From the NCBI GenBank assembly GCA_964550845.1, contig CAZKAD010000001.1, positions 197,750 to 259,314 of the forward strand: DNA of 61,565 nt. Reading direction: 5' to 3'. Every line of letters starts with the position of its first letter. Position 1 is the first letter of the stretch. Shown piece by piece: positions 25,615 to 34,014 of the stretch. The notes beneath the pieces were generated by a model, which was given only the letters and a program-made list of their open reading frames with translations, ran no database searches and was not told the DNA's origin. This DNA comes from an uncultured Gammaproteobacteria bacterium (GTDB lineage Bacteria > Patescibacteriota > Patescibacteriia > Magasanikbacterales > UBA922). The translations under genes and the position numbers were made by a program.

Positions 25615-26292
25615 ATGAATTTCAAATTGACCAATCCGGAATTCCCAGTTCAACTCTTGAGTGCAGTCCAAAAAAATGTTGACACTCAATTTTCATTACT
25701 CAATCAAGCGTTAGTTACAGGTCCAACTGGATTACCCGGACCAACAGGTCCAACTGGATCTACAATAATTACAGCTGGGGGAGGAAATTTAATTGCATCT
25801 GCAGTTGTTAACTCTCCGACTGGTACAATCACTTTTGCAAACATTCCCCAGACATATAATCATTTGCGTTTGCAAACTCTTTTCCGCATTGCAGATCCAG
25901 GAGTCACATCTGGAGTAGGAATGCAAGTAAATAACAACACTGCGTCAGTCAATATTAATGCGGGACACATTTTTTCGGTTTTTGACAGAGATTCTTTTTC
26001 ACATGTTTCAACATTTGCCAATTTGATGACTGCTCCCGGTAGTGGAGTGCCAACTGGAATTTTTGCGACTGCAAACTTTAATATATTTAATTATACTGAA
26101 ACTGGTGTGTATAGATATCCATGCTACATGCAATCTCATAATGTCGGATTTTTCTATCCTGGAACTGGCTATCATGCAACAGTGATGGTATCGATCGCAG
26201 TTACTTTACTTCCTTTGACAGGAATAACTTTTTTCAGCACGAGTGGAGCGTTGTTCGCGACTGGAACGGCAGTGAAATTGTACGGATTTTAA
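25615..26292 (+). CDS. short collagen-like stalk plus beta-rich C-terminal domain protein
   Basis: 225 aa with [25 protein letters not shown], and C-terminal GTAVKLYGF. Confidence 0.8.
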   Translation: MNFKLTNPEFPVQLLSAVQKNVDTQFSLLNQALVTGPTGLPGPTGPTGSTIITAGGGNLIASAVVNSPTGTITFANIPQTYNHLRLQTLFRIADPGVTSGVGMQVNNNTASVNINAGHIFSVFDRDSFSHVSTFANLMTAPGSGVPTGIFATANFNIFNYTETGVYRYPCYMQSHNVGFFYPGTGYHATVMVSIAVTLLPLTGITFFSTSGALFATGTAVKLYGF

Positions 26293-26334
26293 TTTGAAAA
26301 ATAAATTTATTACCCCCCCAAAGATTAAAATCGC

Positions 26335-26976
26335 ATGTCAAATCTTTCATTCCTTGGAGGCTTAGCCCAATATTCCGTTTTAACCGGGGCAACCGGACCA
26401 ACTGGGCCAATTGGAGCGACCGGAGTTGCAAATGTTTCAACTTCGTCGTATTTTTCTCTCCGAACTGTAGATATCACATCTGCAACTTCAAGCATTAGCT
26501 ATAATGTAGATCAAAAATTTTCACAGATTCGAGGAATTGGATTTTTAAGATCAAATAATTTTTCCCTCTTTGAGCGAGTTGGTATTCGATTTAATGATGA
26601 TACAGGAGATAATTATGGGTTTAATTTACATTACGTTCAATTTTCTGGATCGATAATGCCATCGGGATCATATAATCATTCTTCAGTTTCTGGTGGAGAT
26701 TTGGGTATGGCAATTGGGAATAGAGGTTTAACAGGAACGTTGTCATTTTTCGAATTTGAAATACCTTTCTATACCGGGACATACAACTACAAAACTTACA
26801 GTTGTTATGCATGTGGTTATTTTCCAAGTGGAATTGTAGATGGTAGACATCTTTTTGCTACAATGATTCAAGGCATTTGGATGAATACCAATCCGATTAC
26901 GAAAATTACTTTGTATCAAATGAGCGGATTTAATTTTGAAACTGGCTCTTCGGTTATTTTTCAAGGAGAAAATTAA
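26335..26976 (+). CDS. short collagen-like stalk plus beta-rich C-terminal domain protein
   Basis: 213 aa with [13 protein letters not shown] and C-terminal GSSVIFQGEN. Confidence 0.8.
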   Translation: MSNLSFLGGLAQYSVLTGATGPTGPIGATGVANVSTSSYFSLRTVDITSATSSISYNVDQKFSQIRGIGFLRSNNFSLFERVGIRFNDDTGDNYGFNLHYVQFSGSIMPSGSYNHSSVSGGDLGMAIGNRGLTGTLSFFEFEIPFYTGTYNYKTYSCYACGYFPSGIVDGRHLFATMIQGIWMNTNPITKITLYQMSGFNFETGSSVIFQGEN

Positions 26977-27054
26977 TGTTCAAACAATAAGATGAATTGA
27001 AAAATGATTTTTCCTTCTCTCGAGAAGGAAAATATATTCATTTCTAATTGTCTC

Positions 27055-27753
27055 ATGGCTCAAGAAATAAATCGAGAACTCCCTGGAGTGGTTAAATGTC
27101 CCGAAGGACCGGTTAAAAACTCTAAACTAGTTAAAGTTAAATTGCTTCGTGCATACAAAGAGTATAAAGTCGAAAATCTTCTCAACTATTTTGATGGTAC
27201 AGAAAAGTTCGATGCTTTGTTCTCAACTGAAGATAAACAAGAAACAAAAGGCATTTTTTCGGTACATTCTCGAGACGATTGGTCAGACATTGATCTTGAC
27301 ATTTCGGATGTAGATGCTTCTATAATTGGTGCAATTGGACCTACTACTCAGTTTAAAAGTATGGTTGCATATTGGAATCTTGGATGTGGTCTTTTCGGTC
27401 CGATAGTGTACGAAAGAAATTTAAGATATCTTGATTTATATAGAGACAGACCTCTTAGAACGAAGTCCCTTATTATCAAGATTAAGGATATTGCATTTAA
27501 TGTGTATAGCATTGAAAGAGTTTTAAAATCACTTGCCAATTTTGTAATTTTCCAGCTATCTCCATTTAAATTGGAATTTGAATGGGGAGCAAATGTTAGG
27601 GAACAAAACGTTCAACAATTTGTAAACTCTTGCGAGAAGATTGCACGAGAAAAAATCGAAAATAAATTTGGAGTTCGAATCGAAACGGAGCTACTTTCGT
27701 TAGACAAATATTGTGGAGGTACATTTTTGTCTGTCTTACGTGCAATTCCATAA
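27055..27753 (+). CDS. hypothetical protein, paralog of 24272..24892, with an in-frame repeat insert near the N-terminus
   Basis: Trimmed to the ATG at 27055 because the longer ORF runs through hairpin 27009..27032. Residues ELPGVVKCPEGPVKNSKLVKV are encoded by element copy 27090..27140 and are absent from the paralog. Confidence 0.75.
   Translation: MAQEINRELPGVVKCPEGPVKNSKLVKVKLLRAYKEYKVENLLNYFDGTEKFDALFSTEDKQETKGIFSVHSRDDWSDIDLDISDVDASIIGAIGPTTQFKSMVAYWNLGCGLFGPIVYERNLRYLDLYRDRPLRTKSLIIKIKDIAFNVYSIERVLKSLANFVIFQLSPFKLEFEWGANVREQNVQQFVNSCEKIAREKIENKFGVRIETELLSLDKYCGGTFLSVLRAIP
27090..27140 (+). repeat. GTTAAAC-hairpin element inside a CDS
   Basis: ggttaaatgtcccgaaggaccggttaaaaactctaaactagttaaagttaa, read in frame as VVKCPEGPVKNSKLVKV. 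Confidence 0.8.
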
Positions 27754-27769
27754 CTGCTTTGAAATTCCT

Positions 27770-27793
27770 ATTTTGTTCTTTCGAGAACAAAAT
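27770..27793. terminator. hairpin downstream of 27055..27753
   Basis: Arms attttgttc / gaacaaaat, centre tttcga. Confidence 0.65.
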
Positions 27794-27818
27794 TTTTCCA
27801 TTCCATAAAAAGGTGTAT

Positions 27819-27850
27819 TTAAACGTTCCTGGGGAACTGGTTAAAATTGA
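27819..27850 (+). repeat. GTTAAAC-hairpin element
   Basis: ttaaacgttcctggggaactggttaaaattga. The stem gttcc/ggaac is a compensatory variant. Confidence 0.8.
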
Positions 27851-27855
27851 GAAAA

Positions 27856-28317
27856 ATGTCCTTTGAGGACCTCGATTTTACAATCAACGGAGTCGAAAGT
27901 TTTATCGATCTCCGACGATATCGAACTCCGCTCGAGCTCAAAAATCAGCGTGGAGAATGGTTTAATCATATTAATTTTCAAACAATAGTCACTTCACTGG
28001 TCAATCAGGATATCAGCTGGCTAGAGGATGAGAAAAAGAACGTTCGTACAATTCATCTTGAAAAACCAGTTTCCGAAAATTCCGATTCAAAAACAGTTAC
28101 TCTATCATGCTGTCTAAAGGCAAAGATCAATGCATTAATCGAACTTTGGGCAGAAAAACGAGGAGTCAAGGTGACCAGCATTGAATGGACGGGAACTCTA
28201 GACGAAGAAAAAGAACAGATCGATATTGTATTTGCCTTTACTCTTGATACACAAGATCAAACGCAGCTTTTTGTTGACTATACAAGTATTAACTTTTTCA
28301 ATGTTTGTGAAAGTTGA
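27856..28317 (+). CDS. hypothetical protein, paralog of 29135..29683
   Basis: Trimmed to the first ATG. Shares INALIELWAEKRGVKVTSIEWT with VINEWSKARGFHLKEIQWT in the paralog. Confidence 0.7.
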   Translation: MSFEDLDFTINGVESFIDLRRYRTPLELKNQRGEWFNHINFQTIVTSLVNQDISWLEDEKKNVRTIHLEKPVSENSDSKTVTLSCCLKAKINALIELWAEKRGVKVTSIEWTGTLDEEKEQIDIVFAFTLDTQDQTQLFVDYTSINFFNVCES

Positions 28318-28959
28318 TTACATAATTTCTCCGGAAGAGCCATCGTCGTAATAAGTACCAATGTGTGTTTTGGCCAAGTTAAATTTCTCGCGAATTTCTT
28401 TTCGTTTTGTTTGGCAAAGAGAAGTAATTTCATCATTCGAAACTGGCTGCCCATCCTTCATAACTACACATTTAAAATTCTGGTCTTTCTCAAGATCCTT
28501 TCGAGATTCATATCCAAGTTCAACCAGCCCATTATCTGGAATTTTTCCATTAACCATGCGCTTCAAATATGAGGCAAAAGAATAATCTTCGGTTTCTACG
28601 AGTCCAAAATAACGCCAAGCTCTCGAATAAGATTCGATTTGTAGTGCAGCTCGATACTCTTCACGTGAATGAGGAACTCCATTCTCAGACCAGACATAGA
28701 TCTTATCGTCAAAATTTCCATATTTCACTGATCGACGTAAAGCCGGGAAATTATGTCCCGATTGCAATTTTCCATCATATGTAATTGCAATTGTACTCAC
28801 CTTAGGTTGATTAATACCTTCTCGGTCGGGTATGCTATCGTTTAGCTCAGCTTCATACGGCCAAATGTGTTTCTTTTCATCATCAGTCAATTCGAATAAT
28901 TTGTCAGTGGTTGACTCCATAATTATGCTATCGCGATTTAATGATCTTGCTTGACCCAT
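28318..28959 (-). CDS. hypothetical protein
   Basis: 213-aa ORF counted from the ATG at 28959. Its stop abuts the stop of 27856..28317. Confidence 0.7.
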   Translation of the reverse strand: MGQARSLNRDSIIMESTTDKLFELTDDEKKHIWPYEAELNDSIPDREGINQPKVSTIAITYDGKLQSGHNFPALRRSVKYGNFDDKIYVWSENGVPHSREEYRAALQIESYSRAWRYFGLVETEDYSFASYLKRMVNGKIPDNGLVELGYESRKDLEKDQNFKCVVMKDGQPVSNDEITSLCQTKRKEIREKFNLAKTHIGTYYDDGSSGEIM

Positions 28960-29043
28960 CAAGAGTGGTTTGAATTGAAGGGATTTCTGAAATCAGTCGA
29001 TTTAATGAATCACTTTTTTAATTTCCTCAAGCCTTTTTGAATT

Positions 29044-29077
29044 GGTTAAACGTCCTTATGGGACTAGTTAAAATTGA
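29044..29077 (+). repeat. GTTAAAC-hairpin element
   Basis: ggttaaacgtccttatgggactagttaaaattga. Confidence 0.85.
29070..29077 (+). promoter_or_regulatory. AAAATTGA octamer fused to the end of a repeat unit
   Basis: 58 nt upstream of ATG 29135. Confidence 0.55.
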
Positions 29078-29134
29078 TTTTTTTCCGGTCTCAAATTGAA
29101 TTATTATTCTTTTGGCAAACAGAACTTTCCATCA

Positions 29135-29683
29135 ATGGCATCTGAAAATACATTTGATTTTATTGACGCGTATCAAAAGTCTTGGGTTTGGGATTTGGGT
29201 TATGGTTGTACGAATTTTAACACGGTAGCTCAAGAGAAAATTAAAAATCTCAAGTTGGCCGAATTAAATAAGTGGCTCGGTATCTTTACCTTTGAGAAAT
29301 TAATTGGTGATCTGGATCTTCAAGATAAGAGATATTTAAACGATGTTGTCACATCGGGAGTATTTCCTGACCCAAATCAATGTCTTAGATATTTTGTTGT
29401 ATTCTATATGGACAAGTCTCCATCAATTCCAGATCAAAAGGACCCAAATGATAATTGTATTTCAATTCCAAATCAAGTTCATTCATCTATTTTAAAAGTG
29501 ATTAATGAATGGAGTAAAGCTCGAGGATTTCATCTGAAAGAGATTCAATGGACTCGATTTAATGGTTCATTTAACTTGGAAATTTTGGTTCTTCCCGAAC
29601 CATCAGAACCATCAAATAACAAAAATGAAAATGTAAAACCCGAAAGTGTAAGTGAACATTTTATTCGACTTAAGTTCGAGTAA
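29135..29683 (+). CDS. hypothetical protein, paralog of 27856..28317
   Basis: Trimmed to the ATG at 29135, which lies 58 nt after AAAATTGA 29070..29077. Confidence 0.7.
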   Translation: MASENTFDFIDAYQKSWVWDLGYGCTNFNTVAQEKIKNLKLAELNKWLGIFTFEKLIGDLDLQDKRYLNDVVTSGVFPDPNQCLRYFVVFYMDKSPSIPDQKDPNDNCISIPNQVHSSILKVINEWSKARGFHLKEIQWTRFNGSFNLEILVLPEPSEPSNNKNENVKPESVSEHFIRLKFE

Positions 29684-29702
29684 ACCATTTGATATATAAA
29701 CT

Positions 29703-29729
29703 TTTGTCTACCCTCTCGAGGGAGACAAA
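29703..29729. terminator. hairpin downstream of 29135..29683
   Basis: tttgtct-a-ccctc / gaggg-agacaaa, centre tc(ga). Confidence 0.55.
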
Positions 29730-29769
29730 GAATTCTGTCAAAATTATTTTTTCCATTTTCAAAGAAACA

Positions 29770-30186
29770 ATGCCTCTCGGTGTGGATTCGGAATTATTTG
29801 AACTGATCGCGGTCGGTCTTTCTTTATTGATGACAATTATTGCCCTCTTTCGTGGAAATTCTTCCCAGGGGCCGTCTACAAACAAGTTCTTGATTATTAC
29901 TGCTCTTGCCTCTGTCCTGCTTGGAACAGGTTCGCTGGCACAACAAACGTATTACAGTCCACATACAACTGAAGGAGTTCGGCAATTATATCGACAGTTA
30001 GATGAGGAAGAGAGACTTGCCCGTCTCGGCAGACAAGCTGAATTTGACCAACATGTCACGAATATGATTGCGGAAAATCAGGCAGAGATCCGTCGGAGAA
30101 ACCAAGAAATGGGATATGAACCACCACTATTGCGAGTGAGACCGGAGAATGACGGACGACCGATTAAATATTTTGGAGATCGATAA
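29770..30186 (+). CDS. small membrane protein
   Basis: Trimmed to the ATG at 29770 because hairpin 29703..29729 lies in the longer ORF. Contains TM LIAVGLSLLMTIIALF and a second hydrophobic segment. Confidence 0.65.
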   Translation: MPLGVDSELFELIAVGLSLLMTIIALFRGNSSQGPSTNKFLIITALASVLLGTGSLAQQTYYSPHTTEGVRQLYRQLDEEERLARLGRQAEFDQHVTNMIAENQAEIRRRNQEMGYEPPLLRVRPENDGRPIKYFGDR

Positions 30187-30244
30187 AAGGTACGTTAACC
30201 CGCCAGAAAAAATGAATTCTTTTCTTTCTAAAAAGAAAGCAAAG

Positions 30245-30583
30245 ATGATTACGGTACAACGATCTGATTTATTGGCTAAAAGACCTCGAGATTTCTGGGT
30301 TTATATTTTGTCAGCGAATAAGGCTGCATATCCCACACCAGATACCAAGGCTTATCAAATGATTGACAAGTTGCTTGATGATCCAAAATGTAATATTTGG
30401 TTGATCAAACGTCCCGTAGGACTGATCAAACAAGAAGATAATAATGTAACTATTCTCTCAAATGATCAAGTGCTTTGGGAAGAGAGTTTCGATTCGAATG
30501 CCGATCTAGATACAATTCTCCTTATCTTTGAATTGCTTGACAAAAAAGATGATCAATCTTCGAAACGAAAACAACCATCCTGA
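30245..30583 (+). CDS. hypothetical protein with an in-frame repeat insert
   Basis: Start at ATG 30245 (alternative 30212). WLIKRPVGLIKQ is encoded by element copy 30399..30431. Confidence 0.6.
   Translation: MITVQRSDLLAKRPRDFWVYILSANKAAYPTPDTKAYQMIDKLLDDPKCNIWLIKRPVGLIKQEDNNVTILSNDQVLWEESFDSNADLDTILLIFELLDKKDDQSSKRKQPS
30399..30431 (+). repeat. element variant (GATCAAAC flanks) inside a CDS
   Basis: ggttgatcaaacgtcccgtaggactgatcaaac, read as WLIKRPVGLIK. Confidence 0.7.
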
Positions 30584-30600
30584 GATGAAGAATAAAACTT

Positions 30601-30634
30601 AATATTTGAATTGAATACATTCAATTCAAATATT
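30601..30634. terminator. 16-bp-arm palindrome between convergent genes
   Basis: Arms aatatttgaattgaat / attcaattcaaatatt. Confidence 0.6.
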
Positions 30635-30657
30635 CAAATGCTAAACAAAAATTTTTA

Positions 30658-30680
30658 CTAGTCCCACGGGACATTTAATC
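30658..30680 (-). repeat. element copy at the 3' end of the macro gene
   Basis: ctagtcccacgggacatttaatc, containing the stop codon 30675..30677. Confidence 0.6.
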
Positions 30681-31169
30681 ATCAAGAGAATAAACATTCA
30701 CTTTCACAACTGGACAAACTATTTTAATCAATAACATTTTCACAACATCCCATGAAAGTTGATCAAGTCCACAACCAATTCTCGGGATTGATATTTCTTT
30801 AACATTTAACGAATTGCATAATCGAACTAAATATTCTAAACATAATTGAAGAGTCTTCAATGTAGGTTTATGATAATATTTATCTTTAGTGACCAAATAA
30901 AATAGATATCGGTCATTTTCTTTCAAGTATGCAACTTGTCCAACCGAAACAGATTGCTTTTCGAGTTCATCGACGCGTCCAAATTTAAATCTAAAATGAT
31001 AAGCAATCCCCTTCATCATTTTGAAATCTCTACTCACACAGTGTCCAAGACTATTCTTGACATCATCGAAAAGATTTCCTCGGATCTCAGAGAATCGATG
31101 GGAAGGTTCAAGTCCCTTTGGGACGGTTTCAAGTCCCTTTGGGACGGTTTCAACTTGAGAGATGTTCAT
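30675..31169 (-). CDS. macro domain protein, TARG1/OARD1-like
   Basis: 164 aa with GNLFD...LGHCVSRDFKMMKGIAYHFRFKFGRVDEL...YLFYLVTKDKYYHKPT...ISIPRIGCGLDQLSW, collinear with the OARD1/TARG1 macro fold as I recall it. The N-terminal ETVPKGL x2 comes from a repeat. Confidence 0.88.
   Translation of the reverse strand: MNISQVETVPKGLETVPKGLEPSHRFSEIRGNLFDDVKNSLGHCVSRDFKMMKGIAYHFRFKFGRVDELEKQSVSVGQVAYLKENDRYLFYLVTKDKYYHKPTLKTLQLCLEYLVRLCNSLNVKEISIPRIGCGLDQLSWDVVKMLLIKIVCPVVKVNVYSLDD
31105..31154 (-). repeat. element variant (GTTGAAAC flanks), 2 units, inside the macro gene
   Basis: The plus strand reads ggttcaagtccctttgggacggtttcaagtccctttgggacggtttcaac. The 21-nt period encodes ETVPKGL x2. Confidence 0.75.
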
Positions 31170-31178
31170 TCACCTTTA

Positions 31179-31186
31179 AAAATTGA
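31179..31186 (+). promoter_or_regulatory. AAAATTGA octamer
   Basis: 35 nt upstream of ATG 31221. It forms an inverted repeat with 31204..31211. Confidence 0.6.
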
Positions 31187-31203
31187 TTCATCTTTTGATT
31201 AAA

Positions 31204-31211
31204 TCAATTTT
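31204..31211 (-). promoter_or_regulatory. AAAATTGA octamer
   Basis: 35 nt upstream of ATG 31169. Confidence 0.6.
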
Positions 31212-31220
31212 AAATCCAGG

Positions 31221-31484
31221 ATGATTCCAATCGACGAAGAGCAGCACCAACAATGCAGTTTATACAAGGAATTTACTTTTCAAGTGATCAAAGCTTTGCT
31301 TCTCCTTGGCGCCATTATCTATGGATTTGCTGAAACCAAATACACAACTTATGGTATTTTTATGACAATCGTTTTGACGGTATTTGTCCTCCTTCATATT
31401 ACTCGAGTTCATCGAATTTTCTTTCCAGTTCGTCCTTTACTTGATTCTCAAACCTCTCAAGAATCGACTGTTCAACTGAGATAA
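31221..31484 (+). CDS. small two-TM membrane protein
   Basis: 87 aa with AAAATTGA at 31179..31186 and hairpin 31489..31514. Confidence 0.6.
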   Translation: MIPIDEEQHQQCSLYKEFTFQVIKALLLLGAIIYGFAETKYTTYGIFMTIVLTVFVLLHITRVHRIFFPVRPLLDSQTSQESTVQLR

Positions 31485-31488
31485 ACAA

Positions 31489-31514
31489 ATTTTTCTCCTC
31501 TCGAGGAGAAAAAT
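31489..31514. terminator. hairpin between convergent genes
   Basis: Arms atttttctcc / ggagaaaaat, centre tctcga. Confidence 0.65.
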
Positions 31515-31522
31515 TATTTCAT

Positions 31523-31888
31523 TTACAAATAAGCTTTGATCTTAATCAGCAAGGTTTCAAGATAATTTAAGCTTGATTCAAAGATTTTACCTGGTCCTGT
31601 TAATTCTGAATTTAGATATAAGACTCGAAGATATTCAACTTCAATTAAGGAATCTTGTAAAACTTTTCGATTCATTTCGATTATATCCGGGTCGCATTGT
31701 GCGAACAAAACTTCTTTCTGTTGTTCAAGTTCAAATAAACACTCGAACTGTTCTTCTTCAGATAAATTTACAAATAGATTGGCTATTTTCTTAGCGTAGC
31801 TTGGCGTAGGCAAATCTAAATGTAGTCTTAACTGAATTAACTCTGAAATTTGTTGCAATTGTGAAAGCATTTGAGACAATAAATGCAC
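31523..31888 (-). CDS. hypothetical helical protein
   Basis: 121-aa ORF, convergent with 31221..31484 across hairpin 31489..31514. Confidence 0.6.
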   Translation of the reverse strand: MHLLSQMLSQLQQISELIQLRLHLDLPTPSYAKKIANLFVNLSEEEQFECLFELEQQKEVLFAQCDPDIIEMNRKVLQDSLIEVEYLRVLYLNSELTGPGKIFESSLNYLETLLIKIKAYL

Positions 31889-31929
31889 AATCTTTTTTCG
31901 AAAAAGATCATTTTTCTATTGTTAGAGAA

Positions 31930-33966
31930 ATGAGTCGACTTGTTCGTTTCCCCGCATTTCGAAATGTCGGGCTCAATCCAAATCTTGCATTTGGATTTGG
32001 ATTTGGTCTCGGAACGGGGCCAACCGGGCCAACAGGTTCTTCTCCAACCGGGCCGACAGGACCCGCTGGAAATATTACAGGACCGACTGGACCAACTGGT
32101 CTTTCTGCAAGCCAAGCTGATAAAACTGGTCCACGAGGTATAACAGGACCAACTGGATTTCAGGGAAGTATTACTGGATCAATTGGTCCGACAGGTCCAC
32201 AGGGAAGTCTAGGTCCAACTGGAGCAACTGGAGCAAATGCATCTGGCCAAAGCTCCACAGGTGCAACCGGTTTAATGGGCCCGGCTGGACCAAATGGTGA
32301 TCAAGGTTTTCAAGGAGTGACAGGTCCAACTGGTGGAATCGGTCCTACCGGACCTGCAAATACACAAGGTGGAGTTCAAGGTATTCCCGGGCCTGATCCA
32401 CTTGATCAACATTCGAAAGCGAAAACTATGCTGATGGTCCACAATACTAATAACGGAGATGCAATGGAATATATTCCCGGACACTTTTATCGAAAATTTG
32501 TCTATAGACCAGATAGATTTATGACGGGTTCCTCATTTAATGCTAGTATTGCGGATGCAAATTCGTTTCTCTTTTTCTCTTTGACGGGAAATAAAGCAAT
32601 TGCTTTATATCGGAATTCCTCCTCATTACAGATCGACAATTTTGATGTTTCTCCAGTTACATTTAATATGTCAATACATTCATCAATTAATTTAACTTCT
32701 TTTAATGGATCAAATTCAATCGAAAAGATTGATGGAGCTTTAAGTGCAGATCAAACAAATGCAATTATCGTTGTCGATCAACCATCGCAAGCTGGTCATC
32801 GAATTTTTCCTCTGCATATTGTCAATGGTCGAGCAACAACCACCGGAGCTCTTTCTCTGGTTACCGATCGTTCAATTACCACGTCATATCGTGTCTTGGC
32901 TGCTTCAACCGGAAGTCGATATTATGCATTTTATCTTTTCCAAGATAACTCAGCACCTGTTGCAGGATTACTTTCTTATGTGATCACAGTTTCCGGTCCC
33001 GGAGGAGGTATTGGGCTTTCAAATCCAAGTTTATCTACGACAACTATTCAAGCATCCGGTTCAACTGGAGGAACTGGATCTTGTTTAATTAAATTATTAA
33101 ATACTGATGAAAATGGAACTGATAAGATTTTATTAGTTACCAATCAACGCAATCAAAATCGAGTGCAATGCTCTTTATTGGCTGGAAGATCGAATTTTTT
33201 CAACGGATTAACTCCGCCTCCTATTTCCATTTTATCTTCCGTAGTTACACCAGCAACCAATCTAAGTCTTCCTTGGCAGGGAGATTTAATTCACGTTTCA
33301 TCTTCAACTTGTTGGATAGGCCTACCCGGAACTGCTTCAATTGATTTAATTTCATTTCCTCTAACCGGAGGAACAATTTCATCGGGCTCAATTAGCTATG
33401 GAGGTGTATTCGATCAAGAATCGATGATTTCAAATGAGAAAAAACTACTCTTTTATAATCAAACTAATTATGGTTCGCGATTTGGCCTATTTGGATTTAC
33501 AGGTACACATGGAACCGGTAAATATTTTCATCGTCAATTTGTATTTAATCCGGTGTCGAGTACTGCAACAGTTTGTTCAAACTTTAAAATTTTCACTGGT
33601 TCTTTTGGTCAAGCCGGACTTCCATTTCAAGGACCTAATGGTGCTCTTGGATGTAGCGGAAACGGTTACTATTTGATGTCAAGTCCAATTAATACTACAG
33701 GCACCGCTGGATATTTTGTAATTGGAGAGTCTGGCTCTGACACAGCTGTTTCAGGCTCTCGAATTGATGGATTTATGATCGGTCCAGCATCGGGAGGAAA
33801 TGGAGGGACTATTGGATTTGATACGACAATTATTGGAGGGTTTCAAAACTTATCTCTTGGACCTATTTATATTAATCCTTCTAACGGTAGTCTGACTTCT
33901 TCTGTTACGGCATTTCGAGCCGGGAATGTAATTTCACCATCAGAATTTCAGGCAATACTCGATTAA
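31930..33966 (+). CDS. large collagen-like repeat protein
   Basis: Trimmed to ATG 31930 (MSRLVRFP, compare MSRIVLAG in the next gene). About 130 aa of G-X-Y (GPTGPTG...) are followed by a ~500-aa Ser/Thr/Gly-rich domain. Confidence 0.85.
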   Translation: MSRLVRFPAFRNVGLNPNLAFGFGFGLGTGPTGPTGSSPTGPTGPAGNITGPTGPTGLSASQADKTGPRGITGPTGFQGSITGSIGPTGPQGSLGPTGATGANASGQSSTGATGLMGPAGPNGDQGFQGVTGPTGGIGPTGPANTQGGVQGIPGPDPLDQHSKAKTMLMVHNTNNGDAMEYIPGHFYRKFVYRPDRFMTGSSFNASIADANSFLFFSLTGNKAIALYRNSSSLQIDNFDVSPVTFNMSIHSSINLTSFNGSNSIEKIDGALSADQTNAIIVVDQPSQAGHRIFPLHIVNGRATTTGALSLVTDRSITTSYRVLAASTGSRYYAFYLFQDNSAPVAGLLSYVITVSGPGGGIGLSNPSLSTTTIQASGSTGGTGSCLIKLLNTDENGTDKILLVTNQRNQNRVQCSLLAGRSNFFNGLTPPPISILSSVVTPATNLSLPWQGDLIHVSSSTCWIGLPGTASIDLISFPLTGGTISSGSISYGGVFDQESMISNEKKLLFYNQTNYGSRFGLFGFTGTHGTGKYFHRQFVFNPVSSTATVCSNFKIFTGSFGQAGLPFQGPNGALGCSGNGYYLMSSPINTTGTAGYFVIGESGSDTAVSGSRIDGFMIGPASGGNGGTIGFDTTIIGGFQNLSLGPIYINPSNGSLTSSVTAFRAGNVISPSEFQAILD

Positions 33967-34014
33967 AATTTCAGTAAAAAGTTTTTATTCTTCAAAAAGG
34001 AAAAGAATTAACAA

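Noticed and set aside
27843-27850. AAAATTGA only 5 nt upstream of ATG 27856
   Set aside because: It is too close to the start codon to act like the other octamers (34-107 nt). It is created by the junction of a GGTTAAA repeat end with ATTGA.
31837-32115. Antisense and alternative-frame ORFs over the collagen-like repeats (31837..32115(-), 31940..32143(+), 34105..34311(-), 32272..32484(-))
   Set aside because: These are typical shadow ORFs of GGN/CCN-rich triplet repeats. The G-X-Y frame on the plus strand is continuous with large non-repetitive domains.
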